Below the pieces are notes generated by a model. The model was not told the origin of the DNA, searched no databases, and worked only from the letters and a program-made list of their open reading frames with translations. From Lingula anatina (Eukaryota > Animalia > Brachiopoda), in the NCBI GenBank assembly GCA_051362555.1, contig CM120647.1, forward strand, positions 6,820,001 to 6,884,000: a DNA stretch of 64,000 bases, read 5' to 3'. Both the position numbers and the translations under genes were made by a program. Each line of letters opens with the position of its first letter. The first letter of the stretch is position 1. Of this stretch, positions 26,400 to 37,445 are shown piece after piece.

Positions 26400-27234
26400 T
26401 AAATAACAAATAACATTCAAACAGTACACGTTTCCCTCTGGTGATTCTTGAAACAGGCCTATCAGGTCCATACCCACCACTGAAAGGGGTAAGCAGGCAT
26501 TGGTAATTAGCTAGGGTGGTTTTTGGGGGAATACTTTAAATTAATGGGCCAGGCAAGTCAGGCATCTTTTTACCCTTTCCAAACATAACATTCCCCGACT
26601 CTGCAGAGTGTCTTATACACTCTTTGTAACAGTGGGCAAATTATATTGTTTCTAAACTGTTTGGGTTGCAGTAAATGCAGATAATTGGGTTCTGTCAGAT
26701 TAGGTGGTCTGACCGAGTAAAGAATCACTTGAAGAATTTGGTAATCTGAGTCCTTGTTTTGAGCTTAAGCTATCTCTGCCGGAAATTCTGCAATTTGATG
26801 TTGTTGTATGTCATCAACATTTAATCCATCGGCTTCTATTGGGATATCATGTAAAGCTATGCTGTCTGGAAATGACCTTGGATCAACTCGATCTTCTTCT
26901 GTATCAGTGACGCTTATTTTCTTGCGCTCTGATGGGAGTCTGTTAAGAAAATCCGCTTTTTCGCGCCTTTTATATATTCTATTTTAGGATTATATTTAGC
27001 TAAAATTGCTGCCCATCGTTGCAACCTTGCATTTTGCAGTTTAGAAGAAGGGCTTATGATTGATGTAAATGGTCAAATACGGTTGTAATTTGTTGACATT
27101 GTACATAACGGTGTTTTCTTCTTTCTGGATGGTAGAATACCTTTGTTGACTGGGTGATAATTTGTGGCTAACATACTGAACAGCTGTATCTTTCCCTTGT
27201 TCATCCATCTGAACCAAAACGCCGCCTAATGCGT
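26400..27234 (-). pseudogene. Older Gypsy element, decayed RNase H-integrase fragment
   Basis: Minus strand reads ALGGVLVQMDEQGKDTAVQYVSHKLSPSQQRYSTIQKE...NARLQRWAAILAKY...ADFL and VVGMDLIGLFQESPEGNVYCLNVI, broken by stops and frameshifts. Confidence 0.85.
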
Positions 27235-27939
27235 TGTAAAGTTTCCACCCCCTTTACAATGCGCAATCGTAACGCAAGATTGCCCGGTTCGGCAGCACGG
27301 TGTTGAGTTGGTGCGGTCTTCGTACAAAAACCCAAGACGTTCACTTTGGGGTTAAACGATAGAGTTTTATTTCTTCTACATCTGCCTTTCTAGTCTAACT
27401 GCGGTTCTAGCTTCTTTATTAAACACTACAATATTCTGCACTGTACTTCACTGTCCAGTATGGCTCTCTGCATAAGTTATTCTATTCACCGGGGAAAATC
27501 CCAGCCCTATATACTAATCTGTGAGTAATTCAAAAGTATTTTACTCTGAGCACTGTCACCCAAAAGCTATTAACATAATAAATGCCCTAATTCAGAACCC
27601 CAGGTCGGGCACGTCCAAACCACGGACACTGGGTGGGGAAGACCGGGTTAGGTCACCTCAAAGGTGTATTTCTGTGCCGTCCTCTCATCAAGGTCATGGT
27701 TGATTAGTGGTCAAAGTTCATTTATCAGCCAAATGATTTTCTAATTGATGCTTAAAGCACGTACTTGTCAAATAGGGCTGAATAAATGAAAATAATTGAA
27801 ATTTTAATTTCTACCAAAAAGGAAATGGTTTTACTTAATGATTTGGGTAAACGCACACTTGAATGAAATACTAGTGTGGCTTTCTGGATTGCCGAAAATG
27901 TTGCATAATGTTTTAGATCAAAGAGGCACATACTTTACA
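27235..27939 (-). repeat. 3' LTR (705 bp)
   Basis: Direct repeat of 34302-34982; TG...CA ends; TATA and AATAAA on the minus strand. Confidence 0.92.
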
Positions 27940-28185
27940 CCTTCATTCCCCAAAAGACAAGTTCCATCTTGTCTTCCAATTATTTCTACCAAAATGAATA
28001 TATGTTTCTACGGTTACTTAATACTAATAATTCTTTAGTTATTCATTCAATGTTCATTATAGTTGCACAAGTCTATGTTCCTAATTGTTATGGAATTCTA
28101 ACATTCCATATTCATGTATATTTCATAGTTCTGTTTCCATGTATCGTTCATTCCATATTCATGCATCGTTTCGTGTCCATGTCTT

Positions 28186-29760
28186 CTAGACATAATACCG
28201 CGACCGTTTGGCTGGTGGGACAGTATAGAGAACTGTCGTATTGTTCCTTGCGTTGGAATACGGTTGTTCTTCAGTTTGCCTCATAGTGAGATACCCACTC
28301 GGGGAGTGGGGTTGGGCTCCATCCTCTCCATCTAGACACTCTGGCGGTGGCGGAATCTCCAGGGTAATAGGACACTCTGCTGATCGCCTCGTTCCACGTG
28401 AGGTTCCAGGTGTCGGTTGGTCAACGTCCATGGGTTCTTCATATTGATGTACCGTTTCCGCCAGCATTCTCAGTTGCACTTGTTCTGGTGGTTCTGGTCG
28501 GTTGTATCGGTGGGCACAAAAACAAAGTCGTTTGCGGTGACGACGCAAACAGACACAAAGATCAATTAGAATTATCATGCATGCTATGACAATCCCCACA
28601 ACGTACGTAACAGAAGTTCCGCTGGTCGGTGCAGACCAAAAGTTCAGTTCCTGCTCACTCAGTGGCGCAAGGTGAAGGTGCGCAACTGGCTCAAGATTTT
28701 GAAAATTTGGATTTCTCAATCTTTTTGCGACAATTCCTGATGGTATCAATTTGTGCACATTGAGGGATGAAATGTCGTTTATCAGTTGAGATCTGAGTGA
28801 GACTCGACCTGCTTTCTCTGTTATACCAGGAAGGGTGAAGTTACTTCCTGTTATCGTACATTTTGCTGGGACTGTCACAAGATAGGTTCCTGCCTTGAGC
28901 AGGTATGAGACCGGTCGGGAACGGTGGCATCGCTTCGTCACCTCTCTCCCCAGGTTACCAATACGTATTCGCCCAAGACTATTTCTGTGGCAGTGGAAAT
29001 GCCACTCCGAGAGGTCAGCTCCACCTTACATGCACTCTGCTGCGCATGGTTGTGCGAGATGATGGCTCTGGAACATAATTCTGTACCTTGGTTGTAGACG
29101 GCACCGGTCCTACATACCAAAGGTTTCCAGCCAATGCAGCCAGACGGGTAAAACACATTTCCGGTTCGCTCTACTATACCGATATTGGCTTCACCATGTA
29201 CAACTCGGCTAGCGAACCCTGTGTTTTTGTATGGCTGCTTGAAGGACCGGATATCGTATCTGGTCCGCTTCCTCCTGGCTGATCAACGGTAGTTTGACCT
29301 TGTAGATTAAGGTGCTCCCTCCCCACACTGGGGAGACCGTAATGTGTTCATAATACCACTGTAGCGGGTCTATCAACACGTCTGTTGCATTGTCCGCTGC
29401 CAGTGCAAGTGTTTCTAACAGTTGAGATGGTGGCAGGAGTTCTTCTGTCAGGCATCTCAACTCCAGACTAGCCTTTTGATGATTGAACTTTTCAAAAAGT
29501 AGTCTGTAGTCCCTTACAAGCTGTTCGAAAGAGTAGACCGCTCGATCCAGCTGGTAGGTAGCCCACACCTTATTCAAACGAACCCTGGTGTCGTAAGCAA
29601 ATCGGTTTAAGTCTCTAAAGCTGTTGGTGACGACCGCATTCAGATAGTTGGGAGATGTCATTGAGACGTCTTCGTCCGATGTTAATGGTGTCCACAGTGT
29701 GTTTGAGTACCGAGATGAGCTTGTTAATTCGATGTACGAGTACCTGGTTATTTCTCCCAC
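28186..29760 (-). pseudogene. env-like envelope/fusion glycoprotein, frameshifted
   Basis: Third ORF after the integrase, broken into pieces (29209-29760, 28938-29156, 28186-28941). It has a heptad region (QLDRAVYSFEQLVRDY), LTEELLPPSQL and PLQWYYE motifs, a Cys-rich segment, and a TM helix VTYVVGIVIACMIILIDLCVCL followed by RRHRKR. Confidence 0.75.
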
Positions 29761-32700
29761 TCTAGTTCAGATGTGTCTCCCTCTGTGTCTGCGGCAGGAG
29801 TGCCGCTACTGGGCTCGGGTACGGTGTTATGTAGTTGCCCTTCCTTTTGATCTTCTTGCGGTTCTCTTTGATCCTGGATGACAAATGGGATCAGTGGAGG
29901 GCGCGCCGGTGGTGGTCTTCTGGGTCTGCGTTTTACGTCATCCCAAGATATATTGGGGTCTACTAAACACAATTTATTTCTGTTTACTGTCAAAACTTTC
30001 CCAGTCTGCTGATGACGAATGGTATAGACCTTGCCTCGCCTATTGATTACCTCATATTGTGGATCCCAACTGCTAGTGAAGGGAAGGCGCTCTTGTGCCT
30101 TTAATATTACCGTGTCGCCGATCTGAAGTTGCTCCGCATTCCCTCGGGCATTCAGTCGCGCCCGGTTGTACTTTCGGGAGTTTTCTAGGTTGATTTTAGC
30201 TGTCTGTAGGGCTTCAGTCATATCCTGTAGTCGACCATTCAGCAGGTGTGTTGCTGGTGAAGGCGTAAGCAACTTGGTGAGTGGTAATCGGGCACGGCAT
30301 CCATACATCAGAAAATATGGAGTATAGCCAGTTACTGTACTCACAGAGTTGCGGTAGGCCATTAATGCGCTACCCAACTTCTCTTCCCATCTGTGTGGTT
30401 CGTTGTTGAGCAATCGTGTCAGGATTTCTTTAATGGTACGGTTTACTCGTTCAGTTTTACCATTGGCTTCTGGCGAGTAGCTGGTCGTTCGTCTATGTTC
30501 CACACCTACCTTTGACAGGAAATGTTCAAAAGCTTTAGAGCAAAATTCCTTTCCTCGATCGGTAATAATTACTTCCGTGAATCCAAATCGTGGGAAGAAA
30601 TCCTTGGTGAGCGCTGACTCCACTGCTTCGGAGGTCTTGTTGGGAATTGGGTAACTCTCTACCCATCCTGAGAAGTGATCAATCAGATTGAGACAGTACC
30701 TATTTCCTTTTGACGATTCTACAAATGGGCCAATTAGGTCCATCCCAATTATGTGATTGATGGCTGCTGGCATAGGCATTTCTCCATACTCCGCACGTTG
30801 TTGTCGGGGAATATGCACCTTGCATGTTGCACATCGATCTAATTGATCTTGGATGTCAGCACGCATTCCGGGCCATACGTAACTCTGCCGTACTCTGTCG
30901 AGAGTTTTACCAGTGGCACAGTGTCCCACCTCTTCATGACAACATTTAATCACGTTTTCACGGTATGGTGATGGTAACAATATCCGTGGGTAGATGGCGC
31001 TGGTGCTAGTTGGTCTCTTAATGGAGTATAGATGGCCGCTCAGCACTTCATATTCCGAATCCTCATTTAGAGCTAACTTAAATTCCTCTCTGAACTCTGC
31101 CGTACTCTGTCGAGAGTTTTACCAGTGGCACAGTGTCCCACCTCTTCATGACAACGTTTAATCACGTTTTCACGGTATGGCGATGGTAACAATATCCGTG
31201 GGTAGATGGCGCTGGTGCTAGTTGGTCTCTTAATGGAGTATAGATGGCCGCTCAGCACTTCATATTCCGAATCCTCATTTAGAGCTAACTTAAATTCCTC
31301 TCTGAATTCGTCTTCTTGTTGTATCAAAAGTTCTTTTGGATCAATGTCGTCTGCTTCCAGTGGTACATGTCTCAAGGCATATTCATCGGGGATGCATTCT
31401 GGGTCAATCCAATGGGAGGTGTCGAAAGTGGCTATTGTTTCTGAAGGTGGATTGGGTAATCTGCTCATCATGTCTGCTCTGATGTTCTTTTTTTCCTTTA
31501 ATGTATTCGACCTTTGCACCGAATTCTTCCATGAGAATAGCCCACTTTTGTACTTTGGTGTTCCTCATTTCTTTGGTGAATAAAGATTTCAGTGGTTTGT
31601 GGTCTGTGTACACGGTCAGCGGGCAACCATATAGATATGCACATGGCTTTGAGATGCTGTATACCATGGCATACGCTTCCTTCTCAATGATCGGCCATCT
31701 TAGTTGTGGTCCTGACAGGCTATGCGATATGTACTGGACGACTCTCTCCACACCACTTTCGTCATCTTGGACAAGAACTCCTCCTATCGCGTAGTCTGAT
31801 GCATCCACATACAACTTATATGGCTCATTCGGTCGGGGGTAGGCCATGACATGATTGGAGCATAACAGTTCTTTTAGTCTTTGGAAACTCGTTTGTTGTT
31901 CTTCTCCCCAGTGAAATGTTTGCCTCTTTTTCATTAGTCGATACAGGGGTTCGGCAACCTTGGCAAAGTCGGGTATGGTTCTGGCATAATAATTGCACAT
32001 ACCGATGAATGACTGCATATCTTTGACTGTGCGTGGGGGTGGTAATTTGTTTATGGCTTCCAATTTTTCTGGGTCACTACGCACTCCGTTCTCGGATACG
32101 ACATATCCCTGTAGCTTCACTTCAGTCTTCATGAATTCGCATTTCGAAGGTTTCATTCTCAGGCCTGCTTTCTTCAATCGCTCGAATACTTCTGTCAGAT
32201 GGTCAGCATGTTGTTCTTGACCATTGGAAAAGACAATTATGTCATCCAAGTACACTAGTACCGAACGTCCAATTAGGTCGTGTAGAACATAGTCCATCGT
32301 GCGTTGGAAATATTCAGGAAATGATGTAAGACCAAAAGGAACACGAGTAAACTCATATAATCCTTTATGGCATACAAAAGCAGTCTTAGGAATGTCTTCT
32401 TCTGCTATGGGGCACTGCCAGTATCCGGCTCGTAAATCAATCGTGCTAAAGTGTGTTGACCCACTTATCAGGTCCAGGATGTCCTGAATTAATGGTATTG
32501 GGTAGGGATCTTTAGTCACCACTTTGTTCAATTTTCTATAGTCCACACAAAATCGTGTAGTTCCATCGCGTTTAGGAACTAAAGTTACAGGTGAGCTCCA
32601 AGGAGAACAACTAGGCCTTATTATCCCTAGCCTTAGCATTTCTTCTATTTCTGCTTCGACGATCTTCCGCTTAGCTAAAGGCACTCGGTAGGGTCGTTGT

Positions 32701-33236
32701 CTCATGGGTTTTGCATCTCCTGAGTCTATTTTCATTCGTTGTAATGTTAATTTTCCGTGTGGCTCTCCCTCTATGCTGAACACCTCATCATATTTTCTCA
32801 GCACTTTATCAACGCAGTCCACACCAGTCAAGGGGGCCTTGCACGCTACAGCAGATACAGAGTTAGTTTGCTTCTTACCTTTGTAAAAGGTCAAAGGCCA
32901 TCTCTTTCCACACCATAACAGGGCTCCTTGCTGATAATTAATGACTGCATTATTTCTTAGTAGCGTGTCATTCCCAATTATCATGTCATAGTCCACTTGG
33001 TCAGCTACTAAAACGTCTACTACTGTAGCATTGTCTATCTTGATCTGTGTTTTCCCTATCACCGGTACTGTGTGTCTTGTCACTCCATATGTGACACTTA
33101 AAGGCTTGATTAATCTAGGTCTATTCATAGTTCTGCATAAAGTGTTAAATAGTTTTCTGTGCAAGAGGCTAGTACTGGCCCCCGTATCAATTAGTGCATG
33201 ACATTTAATTCCTGATATAGTAATGTTAATGGCCAC
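29748..33236 (-). pseudogene. Gypsy pol (protease, RT, RNase H, integrase), split by frameshifts
   Basis: LIDTGA protease; RFCVDYRKLN and YLDD RT; VDASDYAIGG RNase H; HHCC and DDE (MDLIGP, ITDRG, KTERVN) integrase. There is a frameshift near 31490 and a 212-bp duplication. Confidence 0.95.
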
Positions 33237-33265
33237 ACGAGGGTCAGGTCCACCTCTTGCACTTG

Positions 33266-34231
33266 CTAGTTTTTTTTCGAATTATGCTGCTGTTTTTCCT
33301 GGGCCTTCACTTGATAACACTCACGGCGAAGGTGGCCAATCTTTCCACAGTGAAAGCACACAGGTTTTCCATCGTCGGTCCACTTCACTGTTCCATTTCT
33401 CTGTGTTCTTGCGGGCGTTTGTTTGTTCTGTCGAAACCTGGCTGGTTGAGTCGGGGCCGGGCTACATTCTAATTTTGCTATTCTCGTAGTCATTCTTTTT
33501 AATTGCTGTTCTACTTTCTCGAGCATCCCTTGCTGCTCCTTTTGCGTTGCGACTTCCATCGGCTCTTGGTATCTCGTTTCCATGCCCATTACCGTTTTGT
33601 ACAGTTGGGCACCTACCTCAGCATTATCAATGTAGGCGAGGGCCTCATCCAGGGTCCTGGGCAGGGCGTTTTCGATCAGTTTTTTTCTTAGATCTGCCCG
33701 GGCCAGTCCTTTAGCATAACAAATTACAAGCTGTCTCTTTGCATCCACGGAGCAAGGGGGAGGGTATGCTTTTCTTGCTAGGTCTCTGAATTTGCGGTTA
33801 TAAGCGGCACAGTTCTCGTAGGCTGATTGCTTCATTTGTTCTATTTCTGCTCTTAAACATGCCGCCTCATCAGGTGAGGGGAATGACCTACGTATATGGT
33901 TCCTCAAGATATCCCAAGGATCATTCTGTTGTTGTAGGCAGTAGTCAATTTCTGCTGCCAGGGCACCTCTTGTGGTCTTTAACGCTAGTCGTGTTGGCAA
34001 ATTAAGGATCGTGTCCCTACCTCTAGTAATGGCCCGCTCCATTTGGTCGAGCCAATCTCTGGTCTCAGAGGGTACTGATCCATCGCAGACGGAACACAGG
34101 TCTGCTAAATCTTTCAGGGCAGTTCTTTCAACCTCTTCTGCCCATCTACGTGCCTGTCGTCCACTCTCGACTTGCTGTTGTTCCCCGAGGCCCCTGAGGT
34201 TTTCAATAAGAGCTTGAAATTGCTCGACTCA
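33266..34231 (-). CDS. Gypsy gag
   Basis: CCHC knuckle CFHCGKIGHLRREC and EPMEV motif. The frame stays open upstream of 34042 to about 34225, and the start appears frameshifted. It ends in AAAAAAC-TAG, a -1 slippery site. Confidence 0.85.
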
Positions 34232-34301
34232 TTTTGCCTACTTCTTAGTTTCTCACCTTGTCTGTTCTTCCCCAAAGCGAAGTAATGGCGAGCTCGCCAC
34301 T

Positions 34302-34982
34302 TGTAAAGTTTCCACCCTTTACAATGCGCAATCGTAACGCAAGATTGCCCGGTTCGGCCGCGCGGTGTAGAGTTGGCGCGGTGTTCGTACAAGTAAAACC
34401 CAAGACGTTCACTTTGGGGTTAAACTATATAGTTTTATTTCTTCTACATCTGCCTGTCTAGTCTATCTGCGGTTCTTCTATATTAAACACTACAATATTC
34501 TGCACTGTACTTCACTGTCCAGTATGGCTCTCTGCATAAGTTATTCTCTTTTCCGGGGGGAAAACCCCAGCCCTATATACTAATCTGTGGGTAATTCAAA
34601 AGTATTTTACTCTGAGCACCGTCACCCAAAAGCTATTAACATAATAAATGTCCTAATTCAGAACCCCGGACACTGGGTGGGGAAGACCGGGTTAGGTCAC
34701 TTCAAAGGTGTATTTCAATGCCGTCCTCTCATCAAGGTTATGGTTGATTCGTGGTCAGGGTTCATTTATCAGCCAAATGATTTTCTAATTGGTGCCTAAA
34801 GCACGTACTTGTCGAAAGGGCTGAATAAATTAAAATAATTGAAATTTTAATTTCTACCAAAAAGGAAATGGTTTTATTTAATGATTTGGGTAAATGCACA
34901 CTTGAATGAAATACTAGAGTGACTTTCTGGATTGCCGAAAATGTTGCATAATGTTTTAGATCAAGGAGGCACATACTTTACA
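34302..34982 (-). repeat. 5' LTR (681 bp)
   Basis: Direct repeat of 27235-27939, followed on the minus strand by the PBS. Confidence 0.92.
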
Positions 34983-35215
34983 CCCTGTTTCAGGTCCAGG
35001 ACACTAAAATTCGCCATTCCTCCCATGTTATCAAAAATGTTGCTGATAAGTGGCATCGGATATCTATTGACCTTTGTTATCTCATTCACTTTGCGATAAT
35101 CCATGCAAAATCTCATGGAACAATCTGATTTTGGCGTAAGAAGTACCGGGGAACTCCAGTGACTCTCACTCAGCCTAATCATATCATTGTCTAGTTGGGT
35201 CTGTATCTCTTTTTC
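34983..35215 (-). pseudogene. Older Gypsy element, RT N-terminal fragment
   Basis: IRLSESHWSSPVLLTPKSDCSMRFCMDYRKVNEITKVNRYPMP...FSVLDLKQG, cut by the LTR. Confidence 0.9.
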
Positions 35216-35459
35216 TAATAATTAATTTTATACATTTGAACATGAAGAACAATAATGGTAAATGCTTATTTGAATGTTTAATATGTAAATTGTACAATGA
35301 TTTAACAGCAATGGTGAACGATTAAGTTAATTGTACAATAACTTTAACAGTAGTGGTGAACAATTAAGTAAATAGTACAATGATTTTGAATAATTATAAA
35401 TGCTAAGTTAATGGTAAAATGGTTTCACAACAGTGGTGAATTTTTACTATATAACAAGG

Positions 35460-36927
35460 TATTCAATTTCAGATGCTCTGCATTCATTGAATAATATTGC
35501 ATTATTTGCTTAAGTACTGATACTTTTTCTCTTTCCACTTCCAACCTCTCTTCTTCAATTTTTAACCTCTGCTTTTCAATTTGCAATCTTTCTTCCTCTG
35601 TGTGGTGAACCTAAAAAAATGAAACATTCTGGTAGTTAAGGGAATACATTTACTTTTAAAAATATCATTTATCATTGAAAAATGTATGATTAGACCTTTA
35701 AAAATTTGAGAATATTACCTGTGCTTGTTCTCTTCTTGCCTGTAAAAAAAGTAAAAACTAAATACAATGTGACATTATAAATTTTTCATGACACAAGTAT
35801 TGGAACTTCCTCAATTAAATTTGTTCTATTCATGACCTAGGGAGAATTAACAAATAAAAAGGGTGACTGATATGTACAAGGATTGCTGAAAGCTAAATGC
35901 ATGTTAGGAAACCCCCCTCTAAAAAAAAAAAAAGACAATATTAACTTACTTTGCACTGCTCTTCTGGTTGATCCCTCAACTCTTTCTGCTAACAAAGAAA
36001 TAAATAATGAAAATTGTTTTAGATTTTACAGAAAAGTTTGCTTACAGTTTTTACATTTTCTAGAAGATTTATTTGCAACAAGTAGTAAAAGCAGATTTAG
36101 TTGAAGATACAAATACATTTCATAAATGAAAAAAAAAAATTAAACACATAACAGAAATTGGACTTGAAGTATCAAAACTTGTACCTTCTTCTGAAATTAA
36201 AAAAAAAATATATATATAAACATAGAAAATAGATATCTAGAAAATAGATGTGGCTTATAACATCATTATTTCTCCCTTATATGAAATAATCATTCCCTTC
36301 ATCCCATTTATATTCAAGGCATGCAATTTTAACAGATAATGGTATTTGTATTATTATAATTACCTGGGTCACATGGAAGTTCTGCGGTAAACTCACATTG
36401 ATCATGGAGAAAAAAACATCAATTATTAAAACATTTACTCAAATTTTATTAATATCAGACTCTATGATATACACGTACTACTTCATCAAAATGCAAATGT
36501 GAATTAAAATAGTTAAAAGAATGGATATATATCTAAATAAACCATAACCAGTAGTACCAGATTCAAACCAGAAAGAGTCATTCTGCTCCAGCTCCTGCAC
36601 ACCCTCTACCGCCACATCTCCAATGATCTCTATGACCTAGACAAAATACATTAAATGTATTATCTTCATAAAAAATTATATAATAATAATAACAATAATA
36701 ATAATAGAGACAAGACACACTTTCTTAAAAAATAATAATTTGAACTATATTTTTATAAACATACTTTTTGCTCCCTAGCTGTGAGCTGGGGAGATTCTGG
36801 CTCTCCCCCGTCCTCCTCATCTCTTTTCTCCTCTCTGCCTCTTTCCCTTTTGTACGACTGGAATAGTCGTACCATTTTTTCTGACTTCTGTAAACTTTCT
36901 CCCACTCAAGGAGACACTGCTGATCCT
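35460..36927 (-). pseudogene. Spliced Myb/SANT-like (MSANTD4/Harbinger ORF2-like) gene remnant
   Basis: KKWYDYSSRTKGKEAERRKEMRRTG (end of a trihelix domain), an exon reading VIEIIGDVAVEGV, several micro-exons, and a terminal exon EEERLQIEKQRLKIEEERLEVEREK. The 5' part is missing or frameshifted. Confidence 0.6.
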
Positions 36928-37044
36928 GATAAAAATATAACAATATAAACCTGTATAAATCACAATAATTAATTAAATTTCTTTCTTTAAACTTTCCCCA
37001 GTTTTTAGGAATAAAAAAATCACATACTTTCACAAATAAAAACT

Positions 37045-37350
37045 TGCACACTTGTGCCTTCATGAAAGCCGGCCCAATCCGTCCATAGTCGGTCAAGGGC
37101 CAATTTTTGTCGAAGAAGACCATTGTCATTTGTACACAATTTATTACCACGTGCCCACTCTTTAAAATATTGATCCCCAGTATCATTTCATGCTTGATAT
37201 TCGTGATCACCACGACTTCGAAAATACTGGCCTCGTCAATTTTTATTCTTGCTTTGCCTTTGACCTCAAGTTTCTCTCCTGCAAGCTGTAAATTTTGTTT
37301 GTTTTCTCTTGAAAACATGTTCATCCTACAATGGCTTCTCCACCTGTCAC
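37045..37350 (-). pseudogene. Older Gypsy element, protease fragment
   Basis: KLEVKGKARIKIDEASIFEVVVITNIKHEMILGINILK...KNWPL aligns by eye with the protease of the nested element (VIGKTQIKID...DMIIGND...KRWPL). Confidence 0.75.
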
Positions 37351-37445
37351 ATGCCCCCCCCCCCCCCATGAAAATGCACTGATTGACCCCAAGCTAAGGA
37401 TGATGAAAGAAAACCCCATATGCAGATTAACAAAGTAATGCTCAC

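Larger units (their letters stand above)
27235..34982 (-). mobile_element. Ty3/Gypsy LTR retrotransposon with gag, pol and env-like ORF (full length, inactivated)
   Basis: Two LTRs with TGTAAAG...CTTTACA ends; PBS TGGCGAGC next to the 5' LTR; PPT GGGGAATGAAGG next to the 3' LTR; order gag-PR-RT-RH-IN-env. Confidence 0.95.

Noticed and set aside
31206-34217. Several plus-strand ORFs within the Gypsy element
   Set aside because: They are antisense shadows of gag and pol with no recognisable motifs.
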